NCBI GenBank assembly: GCA_945787445.1
Contig: CALZHT010000007.1
Location: 2,598-66,597, forward strand
Length of the DNA: 64,000 nucleotides
Reading direction: 5' to 3'
Source of the DNA: an uncultured Desulfobulbaceae bacterium
GTDB taxonomy: Bacteria > Desulfobacterota > Desulfobulbia > Desulfobulbales > CALZHT01
Every line of letters starts with the position of its first letter. Position 1 is the stretch's first letter. The position numbers were made by a program, and so were the translations under genes. Of this stretch, positions 26,492 to 36,842 are shown in pieces. The notes under the pieces were generated by a model. The model saw nothing but the letters and a program-made list of their open reading frames with translations, ran no database searches and was not told the origin of the DNA.

Positions 26492-28729
26492 GTGTTCTGT
26501 GGGGTTTGTCGGGTGCGGTGTTGTGTGAGGCGCAAAAAGAAATCCTCATTTATTCTTGTCAGTTTCCTGCTCTTTACACTGCTGGGAGGGTATTGGTTAT
26601 TGGAAGGTGGGGCCTTGGCAGAGGAGTTGCTGTCATCTCCTTGGCAGATATCAGCTGACCGTTTTACGAGTTATATGGATTCGGAAGATATCATCGCTGA
26701 AGGCAATGTTATCCTGCAGCGGCAAAAAGAGCCCGGGGTAAAGCCCCTTGAGATCAAGGCGGACTGGATCAAATATGACAGAAAAAACGGTTCTATCAGT
26801 GCCAGGGGAAATCTGTTTCTGCGCTCAGAAGACCAGGAGATTACCGCCCAGGAAGCGTTCATTGATCTGGAAAAACAGACGGGTAATCTTAAGAGCACGA
26901 CCTTCTTTTTTGAGGAGGACAATCTATATTTTTCCGGGAAAGAAGTAGAAAAAAGCGGGGAGCTGACCTATCATTTTGAGGACGGCTGGATTACCGCTTG
27001 TCGGGTTGAGCCGGGGAAAAAATTCCCCTGGTCGTTTAAAAGCGCTGATGTCAGAATGACAGTTGACAGCTATGCGTTTCTCAAACACACCACCTTCCGG
27101 ATCAAAGATGTCCCTGTTTTGTATACCCCGTACCTCATTTTTCCTGTCAAGACCAAGCGAGAGTCTGGCTTCCTCTTTCCGGAACTGTCCCATTCCGACC
27201 GCGATGGTCTGGGCTTTATAGCACCTTTGTTTGTCAATTTGTCTCCCAGCTATGATGCGACGCTTTATCCAGGATATCTGGAAAAAAAAGGCGAATTCTT
27301 AGGGCTGGAATTCCGGTATGTTAATGACTTCGAATCAAAGGGCACTTTTGCGGTCAATTATCTGCACGATACCACATCTGATACCATTAATGACGATTTC
27401 AGATCAGATGGATTTCTCCGTGACCAGCATGACCGTTACTGGTTGCGCGGCAAAGCTGACCATGAAATCTCTGAAAATTTGCAGGCGAAGCTGGATGTCG
27501 ACCTGGTTTCCGACCGGGATTATCTCCAGGAATACAGGGCAGGTATGACAGGTTTTGCCCAGAACAATGCTGATTTTGTAGAAAATTTTAGCAGAGGCTT
27601 TCAGGAAGAGTCCATTCCTTTTCGTGAATCGACCTTGCAGTTGGTTTCTACTAGGGACACGACCATCTTAAGCGGTGAACTGCGAGGAGTTGATGACAAC
27701 GAGGATACGGTCTCACCAGAGACTGCAGTGCATGCCTTGCCGAGAATCTTGTGGAACAGCCATCCAATGCTGTTCAAAACTCCCATCACCCTGGACTGGG
27801 GGGCTGAATATGTGAATTACTGGCGGGAAGAGGGATTGGGTTATCACCGCGTAGATCTCAATCCCAGGTTGACGACAAGGTTGCCATTGGGCAGCCTATT
27901 TGAGGGCAGGATGTCCGGTGTGGCCCGGGAAACTCTGTATCGCGTGGAGTCTTATAGTGATGCCAATCAAGAGTATTGGCAAGACCCCCAGGATAAAAAC
28001 AGAACAGCCTTTGAATTCAGGACCAATACTGCTATGGTGTTGACTCGTGATTATGATTTCGATTTGAAAACCCTGGATTGGTTGAACCACACCTTCAGGC
28101 CCAATATTGAATACCTTTATGTGGATACGGAAGACCAGAGTGATCTGCCCCAGCTGGATGCGGACGATCTCATAGAGGAAAAGAATCTGGTGACCTATGA
28201 GCTGAATAATTATTTCAAGGCAGGAAGCGCAGCAACGGAAAATGGGCCGTCTGCTAGGTACCTCGGCTATTTCAAGACCAGTCAGTCATATAACATTAAT
28301 GAAGACAGGCCTTTTACCGATATAAATTTTGACCTTCTACTCTATCCTTTGCAAGAATTGTATGTCAGGTATCGCACCCGTTTAAGCGTATATGGTGAAA
28401 GGGTGCCGCAATACGATTTTGAAACCCGCTATACTAAAAAAGATGGAAACAGTGTGGCAATGGATTACAATTATTTACGCGGCAGCCGCCGTGACCTGAA
28501 ATTTTCTGCCAAAGTTAAAGTGCTTGATGAATTTACCATAAAAGCTGAGACGACCAGGTCACTGATAACCGACCGCACGGTGTATGAGTCAATTGGAATA
28601 CAATACAGTCCCCATTGTTGGGCCGTAGAGATTGCCTTTGCCCAAGATGCCGATGATACTAAGGTGATGGTGCTTTTTTCCCTGTCCGGACTGGGAAAGA
28701 GCTTTGAGATGGGGAAAAGCGGCTTCTAA
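26492..28729 (+). CDS. lptD: LPS-assembly outer-membrane protein LptD
   Basis: 745 aa with an N-terminal hydrophobic anchor, an OstA-like N-terminal domain and a long beta-rich C-terminal region. Confidence 0.75.
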   Translation: MFCGVCRVRCCVRRKKKSSFILVSFLLFTLLGGYWLLEGGALAEELLSSPWQISADRFTSYMDSEDIIAEGNVILQRQKEPGVKPLEIKADWIKYDRKNGSISARGNLFLRSEDQEITAQEAFIDLEKQTGNLKSTTFFFEEDNLYFSGKEVEKSGELTYHFEDGWITACRVEPGKKFPWSFKSADVRMTVDSYAFLKHTTFRIKDVPVLYTPYLIFPVKTKRESGFLFPELSHSDRDGLGFIAPLFVNLSPSYDATLYPGYLEKKGEFLGLEFRYVNDFESKGTFAVNYLHDTTSDTINDDFRSDGFLRDQHDRYWLRGKADHEISENLQAKLDVDLVSDRDYLQEYRAGMTGFAQNNADFVENFSRGFQEESIPFRESTLQLVSTRDTTILSGELRGVDDNEDTVSPETAVHALPRILWNSHPMLFKTPITLDWGAEYVNYWREEGLGYHRVDLNPRLTTRLPLGSLFEGRMSGVARETLYRVESYSDANQEYWQDPQDKNRTAFEFRTNTAMVLTRDYDFDLKTLDWLNHTFRPNIEYLYVDTEDQSDLPQLDADDLIEEKNLVTYELNNYFKAGSAATENGPSARYLGYFKTSQSYNINEDRPFTDINFDLLLYPLQELYVRYRTRLSVYGERVPQYDFETRYTKKDGNSVAMDYNYLRGSRRDLKFSAKVKVLDEFTIKAETTRSLITDRTVYESIGIQYSPHCWAVEIAFAQDADDTKVMVLFSLSGLGKSFEMGKSGF

Positions 28730-28748
28730 GGTGATAGGACGTAAGAGT

Positions 28749-29702
28749 ATGTATATAGATGTTTTTAACGGTGACGCCGATGGGATTTGCTCTCTGCATC
28801 AGTTGCGGCTTGCAGAGCCCCGCACAGCCACCCTGGTGACAGGAGTTAAGAGGGATATCCGGTTATTACAAAAAGTCAGCAATGCAAAAAATGCGGAGCT
28901 TACAGTGCTTGATATCTCCATGGAATCCAATAAATCGGACCTTACCGCATTGCTGGGAAATAATACTGTATTGTATATCGACCACCATTATCCCGGGTCA
29001 ATACCCGATTCGCCTAATCTTACCGCCCATATCGATGTGGCGCCGGATGTATGCACCGCAATAATAGTGGATCGCCTCTTGAAGGGACGATACAGAGCAT
29101 GGGCAGTAGTGGCCGGATTTGGTGACAACCTCCATGATGCCGCAAGGTCTCTTGCCATGACCTTGGGTCTCACCGAAGACCAGGCAAACTGTCTCAGGGA
29201 ACTTGGTGAGTTGATCAACTACAACGGCTATGGAAAAACGGTTGCAGACCTGCATTTTTCCCCGGAAACGTTGTATGATGCGGTCAGACACTATGAAGAT
29301 CCTTTGGAATTTTATTTTCACTCTGAAACCTTGTCCGAATTGCAAGACGGTTTTCACAGTGACATGCAAATTGCCCGCAACCAGGATCCTCTTTGGGAAG
29401 GATCTGTAGGGAGAATTTTCAAATTTACCGGAGAACCCTGGAGTAGAAGAGTTGCTGGGGTGTTCAGTAATGAAAAGGCCAGGGAGTTGCCTGACCATGC
29501 CCATGCATTGCTTGTTGATAATAATGACAAAACGTTTATGGTAAGTGTACGGGCACCATTAAACAAGAGAACAGGGGCCGATGTGTTGTGCCGGGCATTT
29601 CCAACCGGGGGTGGCCGGGCAGCGGCTGCCGGGATCAACGCCCTGCCAGAGGAACAGCTCGATATTTTTGTCAATGATTTTAAAAGTTTTTTTTCAAAAT
29701 GA
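28749..29702 (+). CDS. DHH-family phosphoesterase-like protein
   Basis: Carries FNGDADGICS and IDHHYPG motifs. Start chosen at MYIDVF. Confidence 0.6.
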   Translation: MYIDVFNGDADGICSLHQLRLAEPRTATLVTGVKRDIRLLQKVSNAKNAELTVLDISMESNKSDLTALLGNNTVLYIDHHYPGSIPDSPNLTAHIDVAPDVCTAIIVDRLLKGRYRAWAVVAGFGDNLHDAARSLAMTLGLTEDQANCLRELGELINYNGYGKTVADLHFSPETLYDAVRHYEDPLEFYFHSETLSELQDGFHSDMQIARNQDPLWEGSVGRIFKFTGEPWSRRVAGVFSNEKARELPDHAHALLVDNNDKTFMVSVRAPLNKRTGADVLCRAFPTGGGRAAAAGINALPEEQLDIFVNDFKSFFSK

Positions 29703-30736
29703 CCATTCGTTACAGAATTCTATTGAGCATTATCGTGACAGCTGCACTGTGTTTGCCAGTGCATTGCTTTGCTGAAAAGCCCAAGGCGGCTGACCTGGTG
29801 GAAGACGGACAGGCGATTGATCTTTCCAAACCCCGTTACAGAGGCTTTTTCAAAGAAATGCGTTTGCGGCACGGGTTTTCCGAAGATGAACTCGCCCGGT
29901 TGTTTTCCGGGATCTCCATCAAAAAGAGGGTTTTGGAACTCATGGATTCGCAATGGGAGGCGAAGCCATATTATGAATACTATCCTCGCTTCATTACCCC
30001 TGATGTTATCAAAGAAGGGAAAAAACTGTTAAAAAAGCATCGTATCCTGTTCGATAGTATTGAGAAAGAAATTGGTGTGGAGCGGGAAATCATAGTCGCT
30101 ATATGGGGCATTGAAACACGTTATGGAAGGTATGAAGGTGCTTTCAACATGTTCCAGACCCTGAATACTCTGTTCGATGCCTATCCTCGCAGAAGGAGCT
30201 TTTACCGCAAACAGCTTGTGGAATACTTGCTTCTCTGTCGCGAAAACAATGTTGATCCTCTTGCGGTCACTGGTTCATACGGCGGTGCTTTTGGACAGAC
30301 GCAATTCATTCCATCAAGTTTCCGGGTATATGCTGTGGATTTCGATGGTGACAACCGGCGAGATGTCTGGCGTTCAATCCCTGACATCCTGGCAAGTATT
30401 GCCAACTACCTCAAAAAGTTTGACTGGTCGTTTCAGGCTCCCATTTACCGTGAACTCGGCAGCACACTTAAGTCTTCCCGGCTGCGAAATGCCCGGGAAA
30501 AAGGCAGAAAGGGCTTGGTTCATTGGAAAACAGTAAGAGAAGATCAGCAAATGACCTCAATAACACCACCACCACATGGTCAGTATCTGACCATTGTTGG
30601 CCTGGAGCTTGAAAACGGTAAAATGCGGTTTGTGGCGGGTTACCCAAATTTTCAAGCTATCACGAAATGGAACAACTCAAACCGTTACTCCATGGCTGTT
30701 GTTGAGTTGGCTGAAAAAATGAAAAAGCCTTTTTAA
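29699..30736 (+). CDS. mltB: lytic murein transglycosylase (MltB family)
   Basis: Has a signal peptide and the motifs WGIETRYG and GQTQFIPSS. ATGA overlap with the upstream gene. Confidence 0.8.
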   Translation: MTIRYRILLSIIVTAALCLPVHCFAEKPKAADLVEDGQAIDLSKPRYRGFFKEMRLRHGFSEDELARLFSGISIKKRVLELMDSQWEAKPYYEYYPRFITPDVIKEGKKLLKKHRILFDSIEKEIGVEREIIVAIWGIETRYGRYEGAFNMFQTLNTLFDAYPRRRSFYRKQLVEYLLLCRENNVDPLAVTGSYGGAFGQTQFIPSSFRVYAVDFDGDNRRDVWRSIPDILASIANYLKKFDWSFQAPIYRELGSTLKSSRLRNAREKGRKGLVHWKTVREDQQMTSITPPPHGQYLTIVGLELENGKMRFVAGYPNFQAITKWNNSNRYSMAVVELAEKMKKPF

Positions 30737-30926
30737 TACAGATCAACTACTTTGCTTTTTGACCAGCATAAGCATTCCCAGTTGCCTCATGTCGTCAAGA
30801 TCCTTATGCCTATCTGGCTGTTATTATAAAAATCGCACGCCAATTTCTTATGAACTGCCAACAGGTAAAAGGTTATTGTTTATAATGTGTTATAAAAGTT
30901 TTTTCCTTTTGAGCAACTCTCAATAA

Positions 30927-32099
30927 ATGCAAAATTGTTTACGAATTTGTAATAAAAAGCAGTTTCTCTCTTTTCTTGTTTTTTTCCTTATTTTCTTGTG
31001 TTCGTTTGCATTCAAGTATTCCCTTTGCAATGCGCAAATCCTTTCGCGGAGCAGTGCATCGTTTCATTTTTCCGATGATGCCGACAAGGACTCACTGGCC
31101 AGGGCGATTCAAACAAGTATTGATTATGTAAAGAAAAAGCAATATGCAACTCCCTATACACTCTGTGGCCGCCAGGTGGGTTCCCGCGATATCCTTGAGT
31201 CATTACATCATTTTTACAAAATTGTAAAAAATACAGATGCCCCTGAGGAATTAGCAGAAACGCTCTATAGAGATTTTGAGGTATGTCTGGTCACACCTGA
31301 TATGGAATCACCGGATGTGCTGGTGACCGGATATTTTGAACCTCTCCTTGATGGAAGCCTGGAAAAAAGATCCCCATTTTTGTATCCGTTATATAAAGTT
31401 CCGCCGGACCTCATTGTGAATCATTCTGCCTCGTTGCGATATGGCAGGCAAGAAGGAGGCAGGATTCTCCCTTATTGGACTCGTAAGGAGATTGAGACCG
31501 CGAAGCTATTGGTTGGCCAAGAACTTGTTTTTCTGGCCGACCCGATTGAGGCTTTTATTCTTCATATCCAGGGATCAGGAAGGGTGAGACTGCGAGACGG
31601 CAGGATAAGGGGGGTTCATTTTGCCGCCAAAAACGGCAGACCCTATAAGAGCATAGGTCGGCTGCTGGCCGATGAAGGGAAAATGGCCCTCGCAACGGTT
31701 ACTTTGCCTCGAATTGTCAAGTATTTGGAAGAACACCCGGAAGATCGGCAACGTATTCTTCACCACAATGAATCATTTGTTTTTTTCAAATGGGGAGACT
31801 CTGGCCCAGTGGGTTCCATCGGCCGTGAACTGACTCCTGGCCGTTCCGTGGCAATGGATCAGAGTTGTTTCCCTCCTGGTGCTTTGTTCTACTTGGAAAC
31901 GCAGAAACCGGTCGTAGATGAAGGGGGCAATATTGAAGGATGGATACCTCTCAACAGGTTTGTCCTCAATCAAGACAGCGGCTCGGCTATAAAAGGCTTT
32001 GGCCGAGTTGATTTCTTTTGGGGTAACGGCTCGTACGCCGAAATTGCAGCCGGCGTGATGAAGGAGGCCGGAAAAGTGTATTTCCTTCTGAAGAAATAA
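30927..32099 (+). CDS. mltA: murein transglycosylase A
   Basis: MltA plus 3D domain blocks: HIQGSGRVRLRDG, VAMDQSCFPPGAL and QDSGSAIKGFGRVDFFWG. Confidence 0.85.
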   Translation: MQNCLRICNKKQFLSFLVFFLIFLCSFAFKYSLCNAQILSRSSASFHFSDDADKDSLARAIQTSIDYVKKKQYATPYTLCGRQVGSRDILESLHHFYKIVKNTDAPEELAETLYRDFEVCLVTPDMESPDVLVTGYFEPLLDGSLEKRSPFLYPLYKVPPDLIVNHSASLRYGRQEGGRILPYWTRKEIETAKLLVGQELVFLADPIEAFILHIQGSGRVRLRDGRIRGVHFAAKNGRPYKSIGRLLADEGKMALATVTLPRIVKYLEEHPEDRQRILHHNESFVFFKWGDSGPVGSIGRELTPGRSVAMDQSCFPPGALFYLETQKPVVDEGGNIEGWIPLNRFVLNQDSGSAIKGFGRVDFFWGNGSYAEIAAGVMKEAGKVYFLLKK

Positions 32100-32141
32100 A
32101 TGAATGGAGTTTCGTAAATTTTTTTGAATTCGTCTAGGCAC

Positions 32142-32198
32142 AGCGTTGTAACTAGTTGATATTACATGGTACAGCAAGTTAGTCCCATACTTTTTGCG
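32142..32198 (+). repeat. R2 element, degenerate 3' module
   Basis: AGCGTTGTAACTAGTTGATATTACATGGTACAGCAAGTTAGTCCCATACTTTTTGCG, compared with the consensus ACGTTGTAACTATTTGAAATTACATGGCACGTTAACCGCTTTCCCGACTTTTTGCG. Confidence 0.4.
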
Positions 32199-32308
32199 AG
32201 TTTGACTTGATTGAGCATGGTGGAAAATTGTAAAATTATTAATGTATTGCCGCCTGTAAGTCGCTGATAAAATCAACCAAAAAAGTATTTTGCCAAGAGG
32301 GGTTTAGT

Positions 32309-33484
32309 ATGAAACAACCGGAAATCGACTATTGGATCGCCAATATGCTTGATGCCTATGATAACGTATCCGACCTGAATTTGACTGTTGACCGCCCGCT
32401 CCAGGTTGAGGCGGATGGAAGATTGGTTCCTGTTTCGATTAATCCGGAAGTTGCTGAACTCACCCCGTTCCAGACCGAAGTTTTCGCCCTGAACCTGATT
32501 GGCGGAGACAAGAGGCTGCTCAACGATCTGGTCACCACCGGATCCTGTGACCTTTCTTATTGGTTGGAAGGGAAGTCCAGATTCAGGGTCAATGTGTTTT
32601 TTCAGAAAAATCATATTTCCGTGGTCTTGAGGAAGCTAGAAACCCGCATTCCAACCATACAGAAACTCAATCTGCCGACAATTTTTAACAAGATGACTCG
32701 GGAGTTGAATGGCATGGTCCTGGTAACCGGTGCAACAGGTTCCGGTAAAACGACAACCTTGGCCGCCTTGCTCCACAAGATCAGCAAAGAAAGACCCATC
32801 CATATCGTTACTCTTGAAGATCCTATTGAATATGTACACCCGCACAGTCTTGCCACGTTTAACCAGCGTGAGTTGGGGAGAGATTTTGATTCTTTTTCTT
32901 CCGGCCTTCGCGCTGCCTTGCGCCAAGCGCCCAAGGTAATTCTGGTCGGTGAAATGCGTGATCGGGAAACCATGGATATCGGCCTCACCGCTTCGGAGAC
33001 CGGCCATCTTGTCCTGAGCACGCTGCACACGGTGGACTGTGGTCAGACCATTAACCGTGTTCTCGGCATGTTTGATGAAAAAGAACAAGCCCAGGTCCGT
33101 AATCGATTGAATGACGTTCTCCGCTGGGTTATCAGTCAGCGGCTTCTGCCTAAAATAGGCGGCGGCCGCATTGCAGCGTTCGAGATAATGGGCATGAACC
33201 TGCGGATCAATGAAGTTATCATGAATGGCGAGTCCGAAGGCAAAACGTTTTACGACATTATAGAAGACGGTTCTTCCCAAGGCATGATGACTTTTGACAA
33301 ACATATCCTGGATCTTTTTGAGGATGGGTTGATTACTGAAGAAACAGCCTTGGGCTACTGCTCACGCCGGAGTGCCCTCGGTCGGGGTCTCGATCAGATC
33401 AAGGCCGCCCGCGGTGAGGCAACCACAGACATTACCGATCTTGGCATGGACCGTAAAGAGAAAGACGAGTTTTCCATGTATTAA
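32309..33484 (+). CDS. pilT: type IV pilus retraction ATPase PilT family
   Basis: Walker A GATGSGKTTT, Walker B ILVGEMRD, and LVLSTLHT. Confidence 0.85.
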   Translation: MKQPEIDYWIANMLDAYDNVSDLNLTVDRPLQVEADGRLVPVSINPEVAELTPFQTEVFALNLIGGDKRLLNDLVTTGSCDLSYWLEGKSRFRVNVFFQKNHISVVLRKLETRIPTIQKLNLPTIFNKMTRELNGMVLVTGATGSGKTTTLAALLHKISKERPIHIVTLEDPIEYVHPHSLATFNQRELGRDFDSFSSGLRAALRQAPKVILVGEMRDRETMDIGLTASETGHLVLSTLHTVDCGQTINRVLGMFDEKEQAQVRNRLNDVLRWVISQRLLPKIGGGRIAAFEIMGMNLRINEVIMNGESEGKTFYDIIEDGSSQGMMTFDKHILDLFEDGLITEETALGYCSRRSALGRGLDQIKAARGEATTDITDLGMDRKEKDEFSMY

Positions 33485-33538
33485 TTATACTGATACATTT
33501 TTACCCAATCGGCAGGATGAAACCGGAAGGAGAATTTC

Positions 33539-34252
33539 ATGGTCAAACAATGTCCACACTGTAATAAAGACTTAAATCTCAATGAGTCGCAGCAGGCAAA
33601 GGTGGAAAGCGCTTTGGCAGGCCTTCAACCGGGTGGAGTTTTGAAAATTGCTTGCCCGCAGTGTCATAAGCCCATTGAGTTAGGCGCTGATGTGGACGGT
33701 ACAGTATCACAACGCAAAAAAGGACTGCCGAAGCAGAAAAAGTCAAACCTGTCGCCCCCCAAACCCCAGGATATAAAATGGTTGCTCAGCGCCGATATCA
33801 AGGAAAGTGATGAGATAAAGGATATCCCAATGGCTTTGATCCTGATGCCGGATGGACCGGTGCGGGATGCAGTGTCTGCAGCCTTTGTCGAAATGTTTTA
33901 TCAGCCTATTATTGCAGATTCACCGCAAGATGCCATAGAAAGAATGCGTTTTGTCAATTTCGCCGCCACAGTCTACCATGTGGACTTTGAGGGAGTCCCT
34001 CTTGAACAATCCCTTTTTCACTCACACATTCGCACCATGTCCATGTCAAAGCGCCGCTATATGCAATATGTTTTGGTCGGGCCGGAGTTTAACACCCTGT
34101 TTGACCTCGAGGCACTTACCCATAGTGTCAATATGGTGGTAAACGATAAAGATGTCGATAACCTCAAACTGTTTCTGAAGAAAGGAGAAACCGATTACAA
34201 ATCATTGTTCGGGCAATGGGTTGCAATGTTAAAAGGACATGGCAATGTCTAG
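33539..34252 (+). CDS. zinc-ribbon protein with C-terminal receiver-like domain
   Basis: N-terminal CPHC...CPQC, then a Lys/Pro linker, then a CheY-like pattern (MALILMPDGPVRDAV...). Function unknown. Confidence 0.5.
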   Translation: MVKQCPHCNKDLNLNESQQAKVESALAGLQPGGVLKIACPQCHKPIELGADVDGTVSQRKKGLPKQKKSNLSPPKPQDIKWLLSADIKESDEIKDIPMALILMPDGPVRDAVSAAFVEMFYQPIIADSPQDAIERMRFVNFAATVYHVDFEGVPLEQSLFHSHIRTMSMSKRRYMQYVLVGPEFNTLFDLEALTHSVNMVVNDKDVDNLKLFLKKGETDYKSLFGQWVAMLKGHGNV

Positions 34253-34383
34253 AGCATTTGGCTAGGTTTCTGGAAAAGAAAAGGAGTTTATCGGCATTGT
34301 ATTTCGGTTTTGTATCATCCGGTGCTCCAAATACATTGGGCCATTGTCTTTTTTGCCAGCTAATCATTGACACACTTGTATAA

Positions 34384-34472
34384 ATTCGGGAAAGCGGTCA
34401 ACGTGCCATGAAGTATCAAGGGATTACATGGCTACACAACGATGGAATCGGGCTTTTTACTATTTCATCAAA
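34384..34472 (-). repeat. R2 element, short form, copy D
   Basis: The reverse complement reads TTGATGAAATAGTAAAAAGCCCGATTCCATCGTTGTGTAGCCATGTAATCCCTTGATACTTCATGGCACGTTGACCGCTTTCCCGA. Confidence 0.55.
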
Positions 34473-34633
34473 CATTAGAGAAGCAGAGAAAGGAAGGCTC
34501 TGCTCAGGTGTATTTTTTCTCAGCATACCAACGACCTTATCCCATGCATTAATTAATGCCGACCATCCTTTCAAGTCGTTCTTATAGCCTAAACCATTAT
34601 AGTGTTTTATGTGTCGTTTCAGGTTTTAAGCGT

Positions 34634-36277
34634 TCACTTAAGTGAATTGCTATGTTGTTTTGATTTTTTTTCCCTCTCGAAATGTGATGCAAGTAGTGTT
34701 CTGTAGGCATTTTCTTTTAGGAAGCCTGCAGTATAGAATGCACGGAGATCAACGCGAGTCAGCTTTTTTAGTCCACCGTCAAGTGCCTCATTTATTCTCC
34801 TGTCAAGTTGATCGCTCATCTTGCTGATAATTCTATTAAGATTATCAAAAAGATTTCTATGGTGCTGATCCATGATAACTCCAGTTCGATAGTCATGAAA
34901 TATAATCGATTGTAAAAAATGAGCATCGCGTAGGCCGGTGACCAAAACAGATATTGCCATGCTCTGATTTCCTTCTATTTGAGGGATCCAGAACACACTA
35001 TTGTGCGGCTTGAGTTTTGGTTCTTTAGTAAATACAGAGGTACAGATCTGGTTAATTTCCTTAAAGTAAGCACCTTGTTTAATGCTTGAAACTATCCAAA
35101 CAAGGAAAGTTATTACACCCACAGCCGAAACAGTTACAGAGACTAGAAAGAATAGGATGTTCCGTAATGTTTTAATTTGCGATTCTTGATGTTCCGCTTG
35201 AAACGATCCGAAGAAGTCAAATTCTTTGAGTTGAAAATGGCTATCAGGCTTTAATCCCATGTCGAGTCTTATTTTATCTCGGCTTTGGTATAGTATTTCG
35301 AGGATTTTTAGAATATCGTAATTGGGTACATCACGGTGGGCTACCAAAAATGCATAAGATCCTGTTGTGGCAACATCTGGTTGGTTTGATAATGAATAGA
35401 TTCCCTTGAAATCTGTTGCCCGCAGATTTGCGCCGTAACTTTTATTTATTTTTGCAACAAAGGATGGATCAATACTTAAAAGCCTGATTTTATGCTTTTC
35501 GTTCTCGAGTAGCTTAAGGACCTCTGGCAATGGAGCTCCAGCAATGGTAAAAACTATATCGATTTTTTCATCCTCATTGTCCTTGAGGAGTTTGTCATAT
35601 GCCTCAGCTGTAGGATGTCCAAAGATTTGTTGAGTAAGCTTAATGTTCTTATGGCCACGAAGTTGAGTGTTGATTTCGCTCAGAATGTAACTGGTCAAAA
35701 CTCGAGTACCACTCCCGACCGGGCCAGCATTGATTTTCGACCTCGCAAAAAATTTAAGGACTTCTAAATTTGTTCCTGCTGACAGACGTAATGGGCTGTC
35801 ACCCGAAAGCTGAGCCAATTCTTTTGCTGAGTCCACTCGATACAATACGTGCATCCTCTCGAGATATATGGGTGTTATATAGCGGAGTTGTTTTTTTATG
35901 AAGTCACCTTCGCGGAGCGTGTCCTCCTGTATAAGCCCCAAAGACATAGGTGTTGTTAGGACTTTGATAGCATTCTCAGATCCACCGGCTGTTTTTTTAT
36001 TCTGAATCAATATTCGTGATTCCCTATCTTTTGTGATGTTTTCAAGATTTGTTCCGATGCGAGTATAGAAACCACCTGGACTCCCTGAAAAGAAAGTATA
36101 GTTCCTTGATAATACCCGGAATCGTGTGAGAATATTGCTTTCTGGATCGTAAATATCAATGATGTAGTAGTATGCTGCTACCGAGACGATTATACCAAGC
36201 ATAGTGATGGTCGAGCGAAGACCTACGCGTGGTCTTTTGAAAACTCCTTGTATTATATCTAAGAATTTTGAAAACAT
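34634..36277 (-). CDS. membrane protein with TAXI/NMT1-like periplasmic binding domain and cytoplasmic C-terminal domain
   Basis: N-terminal TM, SGSPGGFYTRIGTNL and GPVGSGTRVLTSYIL motifs reminiscent of TAXI-type solute receptors, a second TM (ILFFLVSVTVSAVGVITFLVWIV), and a 170-aa C-terminal tail. Confidence 0.45.
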   Translation of the reverse strand: MFSKFLDIIQGVFKRPRVGLRSTITMLGIIVSVAAYYYIIDIYDPESNILTRFRVLSRNYTFFSGSPGGFYTRIGTNLENITKDRESRILIQNKKTAGGSENAIKVLTTPMSLGLIQEDTLREGDFIKKQLRYITPIYLERMHVLYRVDSAKELAQLSGDSPLRLSAGTNLEVLKFFARSKINAGPVGSGTRVLTSYILSEINTQLRGHKNIKLTQQIFGHPTAEAYDKLLKDNEDEKIDIVFTIAGAPLPEVLKLLENEKHKIRLLSIDPSFVAKINKSYGANLRATDFKGIYSLSNQPDVATTGSYAFLVAHRDVPNYDILKILEILYQSRDKIRLDMGLKPDSHFQLKEFDFFGSFQAEHQESQIKTLRNILFFLVSVTVSAVGVITFLVWIVSSIKQGAYFKEINQICTSVFTKEPKLKPHNSVFWIPQIEGNQSMAISVLVTGLRDAHFLQSIIFHDYRTGVIMDQHHRNLFDNLNRIISKMSDQLDRRINEALDGGLKKLTRVDLRAFYTAGFLKENAYRTLLASHFEREKKSKQHSNSLK

Positions 36278-36407
36278 TGCGCCCTCCCATTTTTGATCTC
36301 CCTATAGTTAGGCAATATTAAAAACACACAAAAAAGTCAACCCCAAAAGTGGTCAGGATACGTGTAGGGCGAGGCTCAAGAATCGAGTTAGGATGAAAAC
36401 AGGGGAG

Positions 36408-36447
36408 TGTAAAAAAGAAAAAGGCGCCGGAATCACTCCGGCGCCTT
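36408..36447 (-). terminator. rho-independent terminator of the cytochrome c operon
   Basis: 10-bp stem AAGGCGCCGG/CCGGCGCCTT at 36421-36447. On the minus strand it is followed by TTTTCTTTTTT. Confidence 0.7.
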
Positions 36448-36488
36448 TCTCAGGGGAGGTTTCACCTTCTCAATGGCGGAGGGAGTAC

Positions 36489-36824
36489 TTATTTACATTT
36501 GGCCGGAGAAGGTGAGTCGTACGCATGGTTGTATAAATATGCGTAAATATCGTTAATCTCTTCCTTGGACTGCTTGGCAAATTCATCTTTGCAGTCGAAT
36601 TTTACATATTTTTCTTTCGCAAAAATCCTTTTCCATTGGGCCATGGTTTTGCTGTCCGGGTTCAACACCTCGGCTTTGCCGTCTTGTACATGGCAGGCTC
36701 TGCAATTTTTGCGGAAAAAATATTTTCCTTTGCGTTCATTCCCTTTGCCGGCCGTTGCAATATCAAGGCTTAGAAAGCCGACGGCAAGAATTATTGCCAG
36801 CAGTGTAGTAATTGTCTTTTTCAT
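36489..36824 (-). CDS. periplasmic monohaem c-type cytochrome
   Basis: Has a signal peptide and a single CRACH haem-binding motif. 111 aa. Confidence 0.75.
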   Translation of the reverse strand: MKKTITTLLAIILAVGFLSLDIATAGKGNERKGKYFFRKNCRACHVQDGKAEVLNPDSKTMAQWKRIFAKEKYVKFDCKDEFAKQSKEEINDIYAYLYNHAYDSPSPAKCK

Positions 36825-36842
36825 TGTAAAATCTCCTTGAAA

